A stretch of DNA of 63,995 nucleotides, filler included, from Octopus bimaculoides (GCF_001194135.2; 4 parts of 3 records of this genome joined end to end with filler, not necessarily neighbours in it); one strand, 5' to 3'. Shown: positions 26,130-39,092, counted from the whole stretch's first letter. Notes: generated from the sequence alone by a model not told the origin. Numbers and translations: made by a program.

Positions 26130-26460
26130 TACTCTAAGCACAAGGCCCGAAATGTTTGGGCGGGAGCCAGTTGCTTGGATCGACACCAGTGCACAACTGG
26201 TACTCAATTTATCGGCCCTGAAAGGATGAAAGGCAAATTCGACCTCGGTGAAATTTGAACTGAGAACGTAAAGTCAGACGAAATACCGCTAATCATTTCG
26301 ATTGGCGTGCTAAAGTTTCTGCCACCTCACCGCCTTCAGTTTTATATATATTGATTTCAAATATGGCACAAGCCCAACAATTTCGTGGGAGGGTGTCAGT
26401 CGATTATATCGACCTCTATAATCAACACGTATTTATTTTATCGACTTCCAAAAGGATGAA
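26130..26460 (-). mobile_element. SINE family B (one full copy plus an adjacent partial copy)
   Basis: caaggcccgaaat...ggatgaaaggcaaattcgacctcgg...tttctgccacctcaccgcc; second partial copy 26365-26460. Confidence 0.85.
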
Positions 26461-27013
26461 AGACAACTACTGAAACAGAGGTTTATGTTATAAAAAAACA
26501 AGGTTTCGTTCAAAATGCGATCGATTCTCAATGCCGGATTTGGTCTCTGCAGCATTTTTGGTGGCTAAGATCAGAATATCCGGTAGTGTACAAATCAGAG
26601 GAAAATAGATGAATTAGGAGCATCAAAGAGGAAAATCACGGAGGAGAATGGATGAGGTATCTTGCGATCATCGGGGTCCTGAGCGAAGCCATATTTAGGC
26701 AGATACATCACTAGATAATACATGAGCTTGACAACGTGTTCCATATCAAAAGTGACCGAAAACTATTAGATTTACAGATCAATCGACATCACTCCGACAT
26801 TTCAATACAACATGACTTTCATGTTGATCCATACTGTGGTGAAAACCAACGAAACTACATAGACTTTAGTTATTGAATTCAAGTATACCACGGTATTTAT
26901 GAAACGTGTCCATCAACACATTTGCGATCGATGCAACTAAGATGCAAACATGTCTCTAAAAAGAGCAACGTTGAAATAGTGAGTTTCAGATAGATTCGTA
27001 TTACCTTCTTATA
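26460..27013 (+). pseudogene. Degenerate reading frame of unknown origin (about 180 codons, few stops)
   Basis: One frame reads EVYVIKKQGFVQNAIDSQCRIWSLQHFWWLRSEYPVVYKSEENR*IRSIKEENHGGEWMRYLAIIGVLSEAIFRQIHH*IIHELDNVFHIKSDRKLLDLQINRHHSD... Confidence 0.3.
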
Positions 27014-28998
27014 ACTGAATGCGTATGTATATATTTATATCAGGGTCACCATTGTGAATCGGTTACGGCACACGAATCAGAAATTACTGGCATATCTGAT
27101 AAATCCCAATTACTACATTAGTTTGAAATAGTGAGCTACATATAGGTCCGTGGCACTGTTTTTGAACTATCTATATTCATACAGTAAGATATGAAGTACC
27201 ATTATCAGATTCAAAAATGTCCGTCGTACACGAACGAGGCACTGCTTACATATCAAGTAAATCCGAGTCATTCTACTAAAAAAACTATGCACAATCTCTT
27301 CAGTCTCACTAGCGTATGAGATAGTAATGTATAGATTAACTCTACTTAATAGGATATGAAGAATGAAATTACTCTACTAGGTAGTTTATATAAGGTAAAG
27401 CAACGGTACAAACCTTATAGGTCTTGTACGATTGCACTGCTCCGCTTGCGATCACATTAAGCAGTGAAAATTGTGGATAGCAAATAAATAGTTGTACAAG
27501 TCTTGTTCTCGTTCTTATTGGGGCTTAGGTCTACGTGAAATCTGATGAAGCAATAATATTTTCAAAAGCCTTGAACATTTCCGTATTCAAAGTCTGCTTG
27601 TTTGTTTTAAGGGATATATACACTCTATCGTTAGGAAATGGAGAGCTTATGTAGAAGAGATACTTCGTTTTCAGGAAGGGTTTTATAAACTGACAGTTGA
27701 AATTGGATGTTCTCTGTTGTGTCTATGACTATGTGTGCTCTGTGTCGATGATATAAGGTATTTCGCGCTAAATGACATTATTCTAAGCGTAGGTAAATAT
27801 CAATTGTGCCATGAAGTTACCACTTATAGTATCAGCAGAAATGGAGAGAGACAGAGTTAGCGAAAGTTTCGGGGTTCGTTTTCCACAATTCTCTTCAAAC
27901 AGTGAAGCTACATTTTCGAGGGCCCAGGTCGACCGGGACGAAAATCTGTTGATTATTTTCCTTGGCTTTTCAATTGCACTATAATTCTATTAACAGTAGC
28001 AAGAGGAATTTGAAGATTTTCGGCAATTTTTCGCCAGCAAAGAGCAGCCTCAGATTGCGCAACAATACGACCTCTTTGAAAATCTGACAGTTTTGCCGAA
28101 TTTTTTGTGCGTGGCATGGTTACTCTTTGCAAATGTTTAACATACTGGCACCTGGAATGGAAAAGAATAATTACATTATAAATTCTACACCACTGAAAGC
28201 ATATTAAGACGCTTAGATTAGAAATTTTGAAAATTAAGTGTCTGTGTGTCTGTATATATANNNNNNNNNNNNNNNNNNNNNNNNNNNNNNNNNNNNNNNN
28301 NNNNNNNNNNNNNNNNNNNNNNNNNNNNNNNNNNNNNNNNNNNNNNNNNNNNNNNNNNNNNNNNNNNNNNNNNNNNNNNNNNNNNNNNNNNNNNNNNNNN
28401 NNNNNNNNNNNNNNNNNNNNNNNNNNNNNNNNNNNNNNNNNNNNNNNNNNNNNNNNNNNNNNNNNNNNNNNNNNNNNNNNNNNNNNNNNNNNNNNNNNNN
28501 NNNNNNNNNNNNNNNNNNNNNNNNNNNNNNNNNNNNNNNNNNNNNNNNNNNNNNNNNNNNNNNNNNNNNNNNNNNNNNNNNNNNNNNNNNNNNNNNNNNN
28601 NNNNNNNNNNNNNNNNNNNNNNNNNNNNNNNNNNNNNNNNNNNNNNNNNNNNNNNNNNNNNNNNNNNNNNNNNNNNNNNNNNNNNNNNNNNNNNNNNNNN
28701 NNNNNNNNNNNNNNNNNNNNNNNNNNNNNNNNNNNNNNNNNNNNNNNNNNNNNNNNNNNNNNNNNNNNNNNNNNNNNNNNNNNNNNNNNNNNNNNNNNNN
28801 NNNNNNNNNNNNNNNNNNNNNNNNNNNNNNNNNNNNNNNNNNNNNNNNNNNNNNNNNNNNNNNNNNNNNNNNNNNNNNNNNNNNNNNNNNNNNNNNNNNN
28901 NNNNNNNNNNNNNNNNNNNNNNNNNNNNNNNNNNNNNNNNNNNNNNNNNNNNNNNNNNNNNNNNNNNNNNNNNNNNNNNNNNNNNNNNNNNNNNNNNN

Positions 28999-29031
<33 letters not shown>

Positions 29032-29450
29032 CATATATTTAATGGCAAACACACACATATATATGTACTTGTATGTGTGCGTATTTTTGTGTTTGCGTGT
29101 GTGAGTGTGTGTGTATGTGTGTGCGTGAATATGGCCTTATATCTGTACGAGTATATGGACATATGTCTCTCTGTGCCATACGTTTCATTGTTAATATCAT
29201 TGTTTTATTTTGGTTGTTATCTACTAGCGTTCGTGTGCGTACAGTGTACAATGTTTTTATATGGCAATGGTAATCATATCTACAATATGGATTTCAATAA
29301 CGTGTATCGGTGGAACATCAAGTCATACTGGCAATGCATTGTTAATGAAGCCGATGAGAAGAAATCATGTGTTAATGACAAATATTATTACTACATGCAC
29401 ACATATGTGTGTGCGGCCTTGCGTGTATGGAGGCATATATATATATATAT

Positions 29451-29550
29451 NNNNNNNNNNNNNNNNNNNNNNNNNNNNNNNNNNNNNNNNNNNNTTAATT
29501 AATTAANNNNNNNNNNNNNNNNNNNNNNNNNNNNNNNNNNNNNNNNNNNN
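29451..29550. other. Artificial scaffold-joining spacer (44 N + TTAATTAATTAA + 44 N)
   Basis: Exactly 100 bp; the 12-mer places stops in all six frames; identical structure occurs three times. Confidence 0.95.
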
Positions 29551-29577
29551 ATATATATATATATATATATACATATA

Positions 29578-29722
29578 CATGACGGGCTTCTTTCAGTTTC
29601 TGCCTACCAAATCCACTCACACCTGAGGGTATAGTGGAAGACACTTGCCCAAGGTGCCACGCAGTGGTACTGAACCTAGAACCATGTGGTTGGAAAGCAA
29701 GTTTCTTATGACACAGACATGC
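29578..29722 (-). mobile_element. SINE family A head
   Basis: gacgggcttctttcagtttc...gaagacacttgcccaaggtgccacgcagtggtactgaacc. Confidence 0.88.
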
Positions 29723-30626
29723 CTACACCTATATTCTCAACCATATCACCATGCCTGTGTCAGTACATCTCTGTATATTTATTTAAGGATTCCTTTGTTA
29801 TGACTTTGGTAGGTTTTGGTAATGTTACAATTGCTGATGACTGTATAAGGGGAAAATATGAAGAGGATTGTCTCCTGTACTTGAGAGAAAAATATAAAAG
29901 AAAAAACAATGAAAGCATAGTTGGTCGATGACTAACAAATATTGTTTTTTTTTTCTCACTGCATATTTCATTATACTTCAGTTTTTTAATACTCCATGTA
30001 TTAAATATATTGACATCCACTGTTCTATGAACAGATAAAGTAGATAGTTATAACATTCTGATGCAGAATGACAGCTGAGGTGGAATGGATGGGTCAAGCA
30101 ACCAAACTAGTTCTTCATAGCTACATTAAAGGGTGCTAAAAGATTCTTATTAGAATGATTGACATGACAAAAGAATGATGTTTATTCTCTGAAATGAATT
30201 TGAAATAGCTGGCTCATAAGCCTATATGGGCAGTCATGTTATTATTAAAAGCTTTGTTCTTAGTACTATAGTGTGTGAAAGGCAAATTATTAACCAGACA
30301 AACACTGTCAGTCTGCAGGCTCATGTTTACTGTCAGAAACTGGGAGTAAGTAAAAGGAAGGTGTAAACGAGAAGAAACAAAGTGTGGCTATACTGGGGCA
30401 AAGTGTGACTATGCCTTGAAGGATTTCAGTCAAATAAATCAACCTCAGTAATTGTTTTTTAAGTCTGGATTTATTCAATAGTCTTTGGTTTGCTGAAATG
30501 GTAAGTTAACCTTTGTAAATAAATAAACACTAGCACACATTTATGCACCTACATGTATTCACACACACACACACACATGCACGCACACATACATACATAA
30601 ATACATACATACATACATAAATAAAT

Positions 30627-31429
30627 AGTCTATCATGAATCAACAACCAGATTACAACCTCCCACTTCGAAGGGTGTGCATTTGCAATCCAGGAACAGGA
30701 AATGTCAACCAAATACCTGATGCACAAAAGGGAGAGAGTTGCAGGAAAAACCGTAAAATGAGACAACTGATGCAGACTTTGTGGAATTAACACTGAAGAT
30801 ATCACCCACATCATAAGCTGTTGTCTGAAAATGTCATCACAATATTAACTATCGATGAGACATGATGATGTAGCTAGGACACTGTATAGTGAGATCTGTT
30901 GGAAGGACAACCTCAACGATAAAGAAATAACCCACTGTATTGTGGAAACCATAGGCACTCATAATAAAAAGGAATACTGGTGGAATGTCCCATTGAAAAC
31001 CTCAATATAATGTAAACACAATAGACATGACATAGTGATTTGGGATAGAGATCAACTGTACAGTTGTGGAAATCAGCTCCCCAGCAGATGTTAACATAAA
31101 GCTAAAGATCAGCTCAAAAGAAAATACCTATACTGAACTATTGAGAAATTTGCAGTTTCTCTATCCAGATTACAAGTTCAGGTTTATACCTGTAATTATT
31201 GACACTGGGATATGTAACACACTGCCTAAATACCAATCATGAGAAATTAGGCTTTTCAAAACCAGAAAGAAGAAAGCCGATTCGAAGACTACAGATCCAA
31301 TTCATCACTGGATCTGTAAAAATCTGTAAAACTTTCCAGAAGTTTATCATTTAAGTATGTATGAGCATGTCTAAATATGCAAGTATATACATCGGAATAC
31401 ATACATAAAACAAGACATACAAATCTGCT

Positions 31430-31479
<50 letters not shown>

Positions 31480-31624
31480 TACATATGGCAGCATCAACAT
31501 CAGACATGTAGGTGTAGAGGACCATTTAAAAAGTCCGTTTTGAATGCCTTCCTCTAGAAATATGCTGACTTCTTCAGCCTAAATTGGTTACTGGTTTGTT
31601 TCTGCAATAATTAATAAGAGAAAC
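30627..31624 (+). mobile_element. R4/Dong-clade LINE, 5'-truncated copy 1 (zinc knuckle, RLE, 3' UTR)
   Basis: ITTSHFEGCAFAIQEQEMSTKYL...CRLCGINTEDITHIISCC...RHDDVARTLY...WWNVPLK...KHNRHDIVIWD...VEISSPADVNI; 3' boundary uncertain (31430-31624). Confidence 0.85.
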
Positions 31625-31779
31625 ACCTTTTACTCACCAATGTAGCATTATCCTGAACAGATTTTAAAATATACATCTACACCACGTGGAATCTCGCTAT
31701 CACAATTATTACTGAAACTAACACCACCACAGATGAAACTAACAATGTCACCACCAATGAAAACAGAACTACTTCACCA

Positions 31780-34700
31780 GTAAGCTGTTTAAGAAAACAT
31801 AAGTGCTCTTCTCATTTTACTTGGGCTCAGCAACTAAACCAAGGTTTACTTTGATGCTATGAAAAAGTCTGAGATGACCTTTCAATTGGATACATGAAGT
31901 GGTTAAAATAATACTGGGACGAAGCTCATCCCAACTTAAATACCTTCATGGCAAAACAGCTCCGACAACAAGCATCTTTTGTAAAAAAACAAATCAACTA
32001 GTCCTCGATCCTCCTAAAACACTGAAAATGGGTCAAAATCTGCTAGAAGCGGTGTAAAAAATAATGTAAATGAACCACCACTCCTGCTATCACTAAATTT
32101 GAGTGTGTCTCCAAACTTAGTTGACTCAGTAGTGAATGCTGTGGAATACATCCAGCTTATAAATATCTTAAAATTACAATTCACAAAAAATTCTGCTACT
32201 TTCTTAAAGTTTCCATTGAGCAACAAACCATTCCCAACAAGAGTGACAAAAAATCCGACTGATCTAATGTTTAAAGTTATCAAAGATGTTGCTGAAGAGT
32301 GCATGGAATCATGTGATGTAAATTACTGGAATATAAATACTCTCTTATATACACAGCTGCTATTACTCTTAAAGAACGCCTAGGAAAAATCTACATTGAG
32401 CAAAGTAACAAAATTACTAAACGGAAACAACCTAGATGGAAAACAAAACTTGAAGAAAACACCTACGTGTGCTGCCATATCAAATGATTAACTACAACAA
32501 TAAAATGTAAGGAGAAAAATGAGATTACACCTCACCAACTCTACCTTTGGACAAAAATTAACGAAACTTTATGGCAACTCATCCCACCGAGCTGTTGAGG
32601 GTAAGCTGATCACTTTAAAACACAAACTCAGGATAATGAGCGAAAAACTCCGCTATCGCATGCAAAGTTTTGAACATAACAGTATCAATTGCAAGTTTGC
32701 TTCCAACCCACAAGCATTATACAGAGAGATGAGGAAGGAAAACATTACCATTAAGAAAGCTCCCTCCAAAGAAAATCTACATTCATTCTGATCAAAAATT
32801 TGGAACAAAAAGAAGGATTTCAACCTGAATGCATGATGGTTGAATACAATTGAAAGAGAATACTGTACCAACACTAACAGTAAAACATGCAAAATTGATG
32901 CAGAAACCTTTACTAAAGTAGTAGACAAACTGCGGAATGGGAAGGCACATGGAAGGGACCTAATAGTTGGATACTGGTACAAGAAGCTGACATTTTATAG
33001 AAACCAATTGATATGTATGTTCAAAAGGACTATGGAAAGTCATACTGATATACCAAATTAGCTTACTACAGCAAGGACAAATCTTCTTGCCAAAAATGAA
33101 GTTACTGAGACGGCAGGAAACTACAGGCCCATTGCTTACCTTAACATTATGTACAAACGGTATACAAGTTGCCTCAACCAATTCCTCCAGAACCATCGTT
33201 AGTTGAACAACATTGTGACTGATGAACAGGCTGATGGAAAGAAGGGAGTGTGGGGATGTGCCGAACAACTTTTAATAAACAAAGCTGTACTGTCTGAAGT
33301 AAGAAAACAACGCAGAAACCTTGTGACAGTATGGCTTGACTATAAAAAGGCATTCAAATCTATCCCTCAGTCATGGCTGTTGAAGTACCTACATCTGGCA
33401 AAGTACCCACTACCTGAATTGCTGCTATAAAGAGACCCACAAAGATATGGACAACAATTCTTAACCTTACAACTGAGAACAGAAGAGTTGTTTCAGATAG
33501 TATACGTATTTCAAAGGAAATATTCCAGGGAGATAGTCTATCTGTACTTCTTTTCATTTTGGCACTGAATCTATTATCGTTCCTACTGCAGAAACAAATG
33601 GTTACATGCTAGGATCTTCAACTGCTAGAAATATCAATATAACTCTTAATTTCTTTGTAGACGATCTGAAGATTTATGCTAAAAGTGTTAACAATGCCAA
33701 AATACAACTGGAATTAATAACAACATTTTCAGCTGATATAGACATAGAATTTGGCCAAAAGAAATGTTCACATTTGGTTATAGAATGAGGAAAGTCAGTT
33801 TCCTAAACCCAAAACCTGTGCATCAATGGTCTCTCTCTATCTTTCCCATTCCACACAAAGAATGTTACAAGCACTTAGGCATAGATGAAAATGTATCATA
33901 TGAAGGCACTGTGAATAAAGATAGAGTGACCTGAGAATATTACACAAGACTTAGGAAAATATGGCAGTTGGAACTCTCTTCTTACGACAAAACAAAATCC
34001 CACAATGCATTTGCAGTACCAGTGCTGATCCCAACATTTGGGATACTTGATTGGTCTGTAGAGGAAAGCTACTCCATAGATATCAAAACCTGCAAAATCC
34101 TGACAACAACTGGGAACTTCCACAGAAAGTGATGTTGACAGAAATGAAGGTGGTAGAGGCCTGGGGTCAATGCAGATGGCCTTCAAATGCCATATGGTAT
34201 CATCCAAGCAGCACCTGCTAAACATCAGTAGCAAAAATGAATATATAAATGCAGTGCTGAAAAGTGAAGTGAACAACATTGTACGAGTTGGCAGTGAGCT
34301 CTATACAGCCACAAAACAGCTGGGTTCTCTTACCTCAGAGAAGACCTGGATGGAAAGCACTCAACATACAAAAAAAAAAAGATTATGCATAGGTATGTTG
34401 CCCGGAATCTTGAAGAAGGCGGTAGAATTGACACAAAGCACAGTCTATCTTGGACACAAGATCACTACATTACATCATACTTTGAGGGCTGTGCATTTGC
34501 AATCCAGAAACAAGAGATTGCCACAAAGTACCTGGTGAACAAGAGAGACAGCGATGCTCTTGTAATCCCAAGGTGAAACTGCATGTGTAGGTGATGTCAT
34601 GTTTCTGTGGAAGGCATCACACATGTTATTAGCAGCTATCTTATGTTGTCACGGTACTATCTCCTTATGCGGTACAATGTTGCTAAAACAATTTGCAATG

Positions 34701-35270
34701 CCATCCGCAAAAAAGACTGTTCTGAAATAAACTTAGAAAATCCCTGTCATGGAATGCATTCATAAACACCAACTCAAAGAATACTGATGGCATATTCCCA
34801 TCAAAACTTCTGTCAAATGTAAACATAACAGGCTGGATATTGTTGTTTGGGACTGAGGGGCAAAGGTATGTACCATCATAGAGGTCAGCTGCCCTGCAGA
34901 TATAAATATTGCTTTGAAAATCAAAGAAAAGGAGGATATCTATGGACAACTGTTTTGAAACCTCTAGCTTTTATATGCAGACTATGAATTCATATTCATA
35001 CCAATAATGGTTGGAGTACTAGGTTTTGTTAGTAAATGCTTAAAGGAGAATCTGGATAAACTGGAATTTTGAGAAAGAGAAATCGACCGGCTAATTCGTA
35101 CATTACAAGTGTAATCTGTGAGTGGAACAGTAGAAATATACAACACTTTTCTCAAGTTCCAAATGTGAATTTGTCTGTGTTAACTACATCCCAAAGATGG
35201 AGCCTTGTATCTTTGTTGGAAACTGGCTCCCTCCTCAGTGGAAGATTTATAATAATTAAAAAATAGGAGA
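31780..35270 (+). mobile_element. R4/Dong-clade non-LTR retrotransposon, near full length and degenerate (copy 2)
   Basis: N-terminal GYMKWLK*YWDEAHP..KQLRQQA; RT motifs GRDLIVGYWYKKL, NYRPIAYLNIMYK, EQLLINK, WLDYKKAF, IFQGDSLS, FVDDLK; CCHC remnant near 34590; RLE RLDIVVWD...IEVSCPAD; many stops and frameshifts; followed by (TACA)n. Confidence 0.92.
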
Positions 35271-35295
35271 TACATACATACATACATATATAAAA

Positions 35296-36083
35296 ATAAC
35301 TCTTAACTGCTACATTACATCACGCTTCAAAGGTTGTGCATTTGCATTCCAAAAACAGGATATTACTACTAAATGCTTAATAAACAAAAAAGACAGTGAA
35401 GCCCTCAGAGTCTCAAGATGCAACAGAAGATATATATTATGTCATATTTCTGTGGAAGATTTTATACGTGTTATTAGCAGCTGTATACAACTATGCACAA
35501 TGTATACAACTATATACAATGCCATCTGGAAAAAAGACTGTTCTGGAATAAATATAGAGGATCCCCTGTTATTGAATACATGCACAAACATCAACACAAG
35601 GAATACTGGTGGAACATTATCATCAAAATGTTTGTTAAGTGTAAACATAACAGGTCAGATATTGTTGTTTGGGACAAACTAGAAAAACCATGTATCATCA
35701 TATCCTGCTGATGTAAATATCTCTTTGATTTTCAAGGAGAAAGAAGATAGGCATGGACACTGCTTTCAAGTCTCCAGCTTCTATGTGCAGATTATAAATT
35801 CACATTTATACCAATAACAATTGATGCACTTAGTTTTGTGACTAAATGGCTAACTGACAGTTTGGATAAATTTGGTTTTTCAGAAAAAAAATCAGCCAGC
35901 TAATTTACACATAACAAAAACAATCTGTAAGTGGAACAGCAAAAATGTGCAAGACTTTTGTCAAATTTAGAATGTTACTGTGTTCTTGTTATCTACATTC
36001 CAATAATAGAGCTTTGTATCTTTGTTAGAAACTAGCTCCTTCTTCAAAGGAAGAATTTAAATAAATGAAAACAGGAAAAAACC
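35296..36083 (+). mobile_element. R4/Dong-clade LINE, 5'-truncated copy 3 directly downstream of copy 2
   Basis: Colinear with 34455-35270 (ITSRFKGCAFAFQ...EYWWNII...KCKHNRSDIVVWDK); same 3' UTR; followed by (CATA)n. Confidence 0.9.
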
Positions 36084-36439
36084 CATACATACATACATGC
36101 ATGCATGCATGCATACATACATACATACGTACATATAAACACACACATTTACATATATATAGATATACATGCATATATCAGTACATCAGTACAAACACAA
36201 ACGAGGGAATTTAAAAAATAAATAATCTGGAACTGATAATAAATAAGTTCACCAACATAACATACATTCCATTTACTTGATTTAGACTTGTGTACGCTAG
36301 AATAGTTGACTTTTAATTTAAAATATTTTGCAGGAATGGAACCAAAGAGAGCTAAATTTGGGAAGTTTTATGTAAATATTAAAAATATTTTATTGAGGTT
36401 TTAACAAAAAAAAAACAACTTTTTTAAGTGTTGCAGAAT

Positions 36440-37753
36440 GGATGGATGTTATTGAAATGGTTATTAATTAGCCCCAGTGGGAGGAACATATTTCCGACAG
36501 GTACCATTCGGTCCATGGTGTCTTAGCACCTTTTTTCTTTTCAGGTGGAGCCATGGTGCTGTGGAGGATAAAGCATCGTGTGTTTGCCTACAACAGTTAT
36601 GTGAAGAATAACGAGTCTGTCACAGCAGGTCAGCGTGTGTTTCGGTGCCACTTTAACATTCACCGAAATCAGGTTGTTCCCACCCATAACACAATCATAC
36701 ACTGGGTGAATGCACTTCGAATACAAGGCACACTAATGAATAGGAGACCAGTGTGTGTGTGTGGGGGGGGACTAACAGTAGGGATCCTGGAAAATGTGGA
36801 ACACATCAGACAAGCTTTGTTACAGAGTCCAAATCACTCTGCTTAGCAGCATTCCACAGAACTTGGCATCAATAATCAATCAGTAAAGCATATTTTGCAT
36901 AAAGATCTGCATTTCCACCCATACAAATTGGTCATTGGGCAACAGTTGAAACCATAGGAGTATGTACAGCAGCTTAACTTTGTACGTCAGATGGAAACAA
37001 TTTTTGAGGCAAAGAACAACCTCATTTTGTTAATGAGTGATGAAGCTCATTTTCATCTCAATGACATGGTGAATCAACAGAACTGTCTTTATTAGGCTCT
37101 TGAAAATCTGAGAGAACTGCATGAAAGACCACAGCACAGTCCAAAAGTGATGGTCTGGTGTGCTGCTGGAAAAGCTTCCATCATTGATCCTTACTTTTTT
37201 GAAGACAATAATGGAAACACTGTTACTGTGAACTCTGAGCATTACATTGAGATTATAAACAACTTCTTTGTGCCTGAATTACGACAAAAATGTATACCTA
37301 TTTGATGTGAATGGTTTCAGTAAGATGTGGCAATGGCCCACACAACCAGAGCATCAATGGATGTTCTTCGTTTTTTCTTTGGTGACCGCCTCATCTCCAG
37401 ATTTTCTGACATTTCTTGGCTCCCCCACTCCTCTGATTTGTCCATATGTGATTATTTCTTGTGGGGAAACTACAAAGCACGTTTGTGTGTGCATAATAGA
37501 TTGGACGATTTGAAGGAAGCTCTTCATGCAGAAGTTGCCCAATGCTGGAGAGAGTGGAGGCCAACTTCCAAGAATATCTTCAGAAATGCATCGATGAAAA
37601 CAGACACCACATGATAGATGTTGTTTTTCACACTTAATTTTGACAAATGCTAATTCAATATGAACACATTGATGTCAATAAAATTTGTTTGCTGCTAAAA
37701 TTAATGATTTTGTGAATTTTTCAAAAATGTCTGTCCTCTCTGCCTCACCCTGT
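36440..37753 (+). mobile_element. Tc1/mariner DD41D (rosa/Visitor-type) transposon, degenerate
   Basis: MVLWRIKHRVFAY...HFHPYKL...MSDEAHFHLN..VNQQN...HSPKVMVWCA...WFQ*DVAMAHT...SDLSICDYFLWG; 41 residues between 2nd and 3rd Asp; right TIR-like cctcaccctg|ta; left TIR not found. Confidence 0.88.
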
Positions 37754-38108
37754 ATTAATTTACTAAGCTATAATAGAGACCATGTTGTTAAAAATGCCAG
37801 CAATGTATGTGTATTAAAAGTTATTCATGTCAAGGAATGTAGGCCTGCAGGTAACTAAAGTAACCAAACTACCCACAGTTTTTATTTACTTTGCTTCACA
37901 CGAGGATGACAAAATCCCTTAGAAAACTGCAATCCCCTTCATTAGTTCTACAACTGAACTATGTGATATAATATAGAAACAATAGATACACTACACAAAA
38001 TAACATTTAGATATTTATTATAAAATAAAACTTGTAAACCTGGTGTCTTGTAAAGTGGGTCCTCATAAAGTGAGGTATTACTGTATACATATATGTATGT
38101 ATGTGTAT

Positions 38109-38143
<35 letters not shown>

Positions 38144-38177
38144 TACATACATACATACATACATACATTTATACTCA

Positions 38178-39056
38178 TAAGGTGTTTGAGTTAAGAGCTA
38201 AGGACTAAATTTGACATTTTTTATGTCTCCTATTTTCAAGAATAGCTTGATGTATTGATGAAAAGTTAACTGTATTGGAGAGCATAAAGATGAAAGTTGT
38301 AATTGAGAAAAAGCTAGCTTATTTGGAAGGCTGGAAGCCATCTGAATATTAGAAAACAATTACCGGTATCATGATGATTCATGCTAGTTATCAAAATTCC
38401 AACATCATGATTGATATTTAATACTCTGTGAGCACTGTAAAGGCTGTATCACGTGAGACAGACAGCTGCAATGGAGACTACAAAGGCATGGCCAGCAGAA
38501 AGAGACACATCAAGCATTCTGGTTGTATCTGCATGCCAGAATTCCTCCAACAACAGCAAGAAAAGGCATTAGGCTTAATTCAGACAGCTATGTGAAGCTG
38601 CTGGAAACTGGTCAAACCGTGGCAGGAGATGGTTGATATGGGATGGCCATATGTGTAGAAACAGGATTCAGCTCCTTACCACAGCTCTACGACTTCATCA
38701 GGCTCAATTTATGGCCTCCTACTTCCCTTGATTATAATTCCATAGATTACTATGTGTGATGTGCAGTTGAGAAAGATACCAACAGCTCTACCTGCAACAC
38801 CAAGGCCAAGCTGGTGGCCAAAATCAAGATGTTTGAAGATCTTCCCAGGGACACAATAAGGAATGCATGTGCCAGATTCCGGAGTTGTCTTGAGATCATG
38901 GTGGAAGCTGACAGTGGTTACTTTGCATAAACTGTTATCTCCCAGCCATAATTTAGTTGATATATTTTGATATTTTGCAACATTTTCATTTTTGGAGAGA
39001 TAGTGTGTTTTCTTTAGCTTTTGTACAAGCTGCCAAATTTATCCTGAACAGACTGT
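38178..39056 (+). mobile_element. maT/DD37D-like mariner remnant (internally deleted)
   Basis: QDSAPYHS...LWPPTSLDYNSIDYYV*CAVEKDTN...ACARFRSCLEIMVEADSGYFA*; right end tttatcctgaacagactg|ta. Confidence 0.75.
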
Positions 39057-39057
39057 A

Positions 39058-39088
<31 letters not shown>

Positions 39089-39092
39089 TATT

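Noticed and set aside
29495-29506. TTAATTAATTAA as a homeodomain site or conserved element
   Set aside because: Centred exactly in 100-bp N spacers three times; an assembly linker
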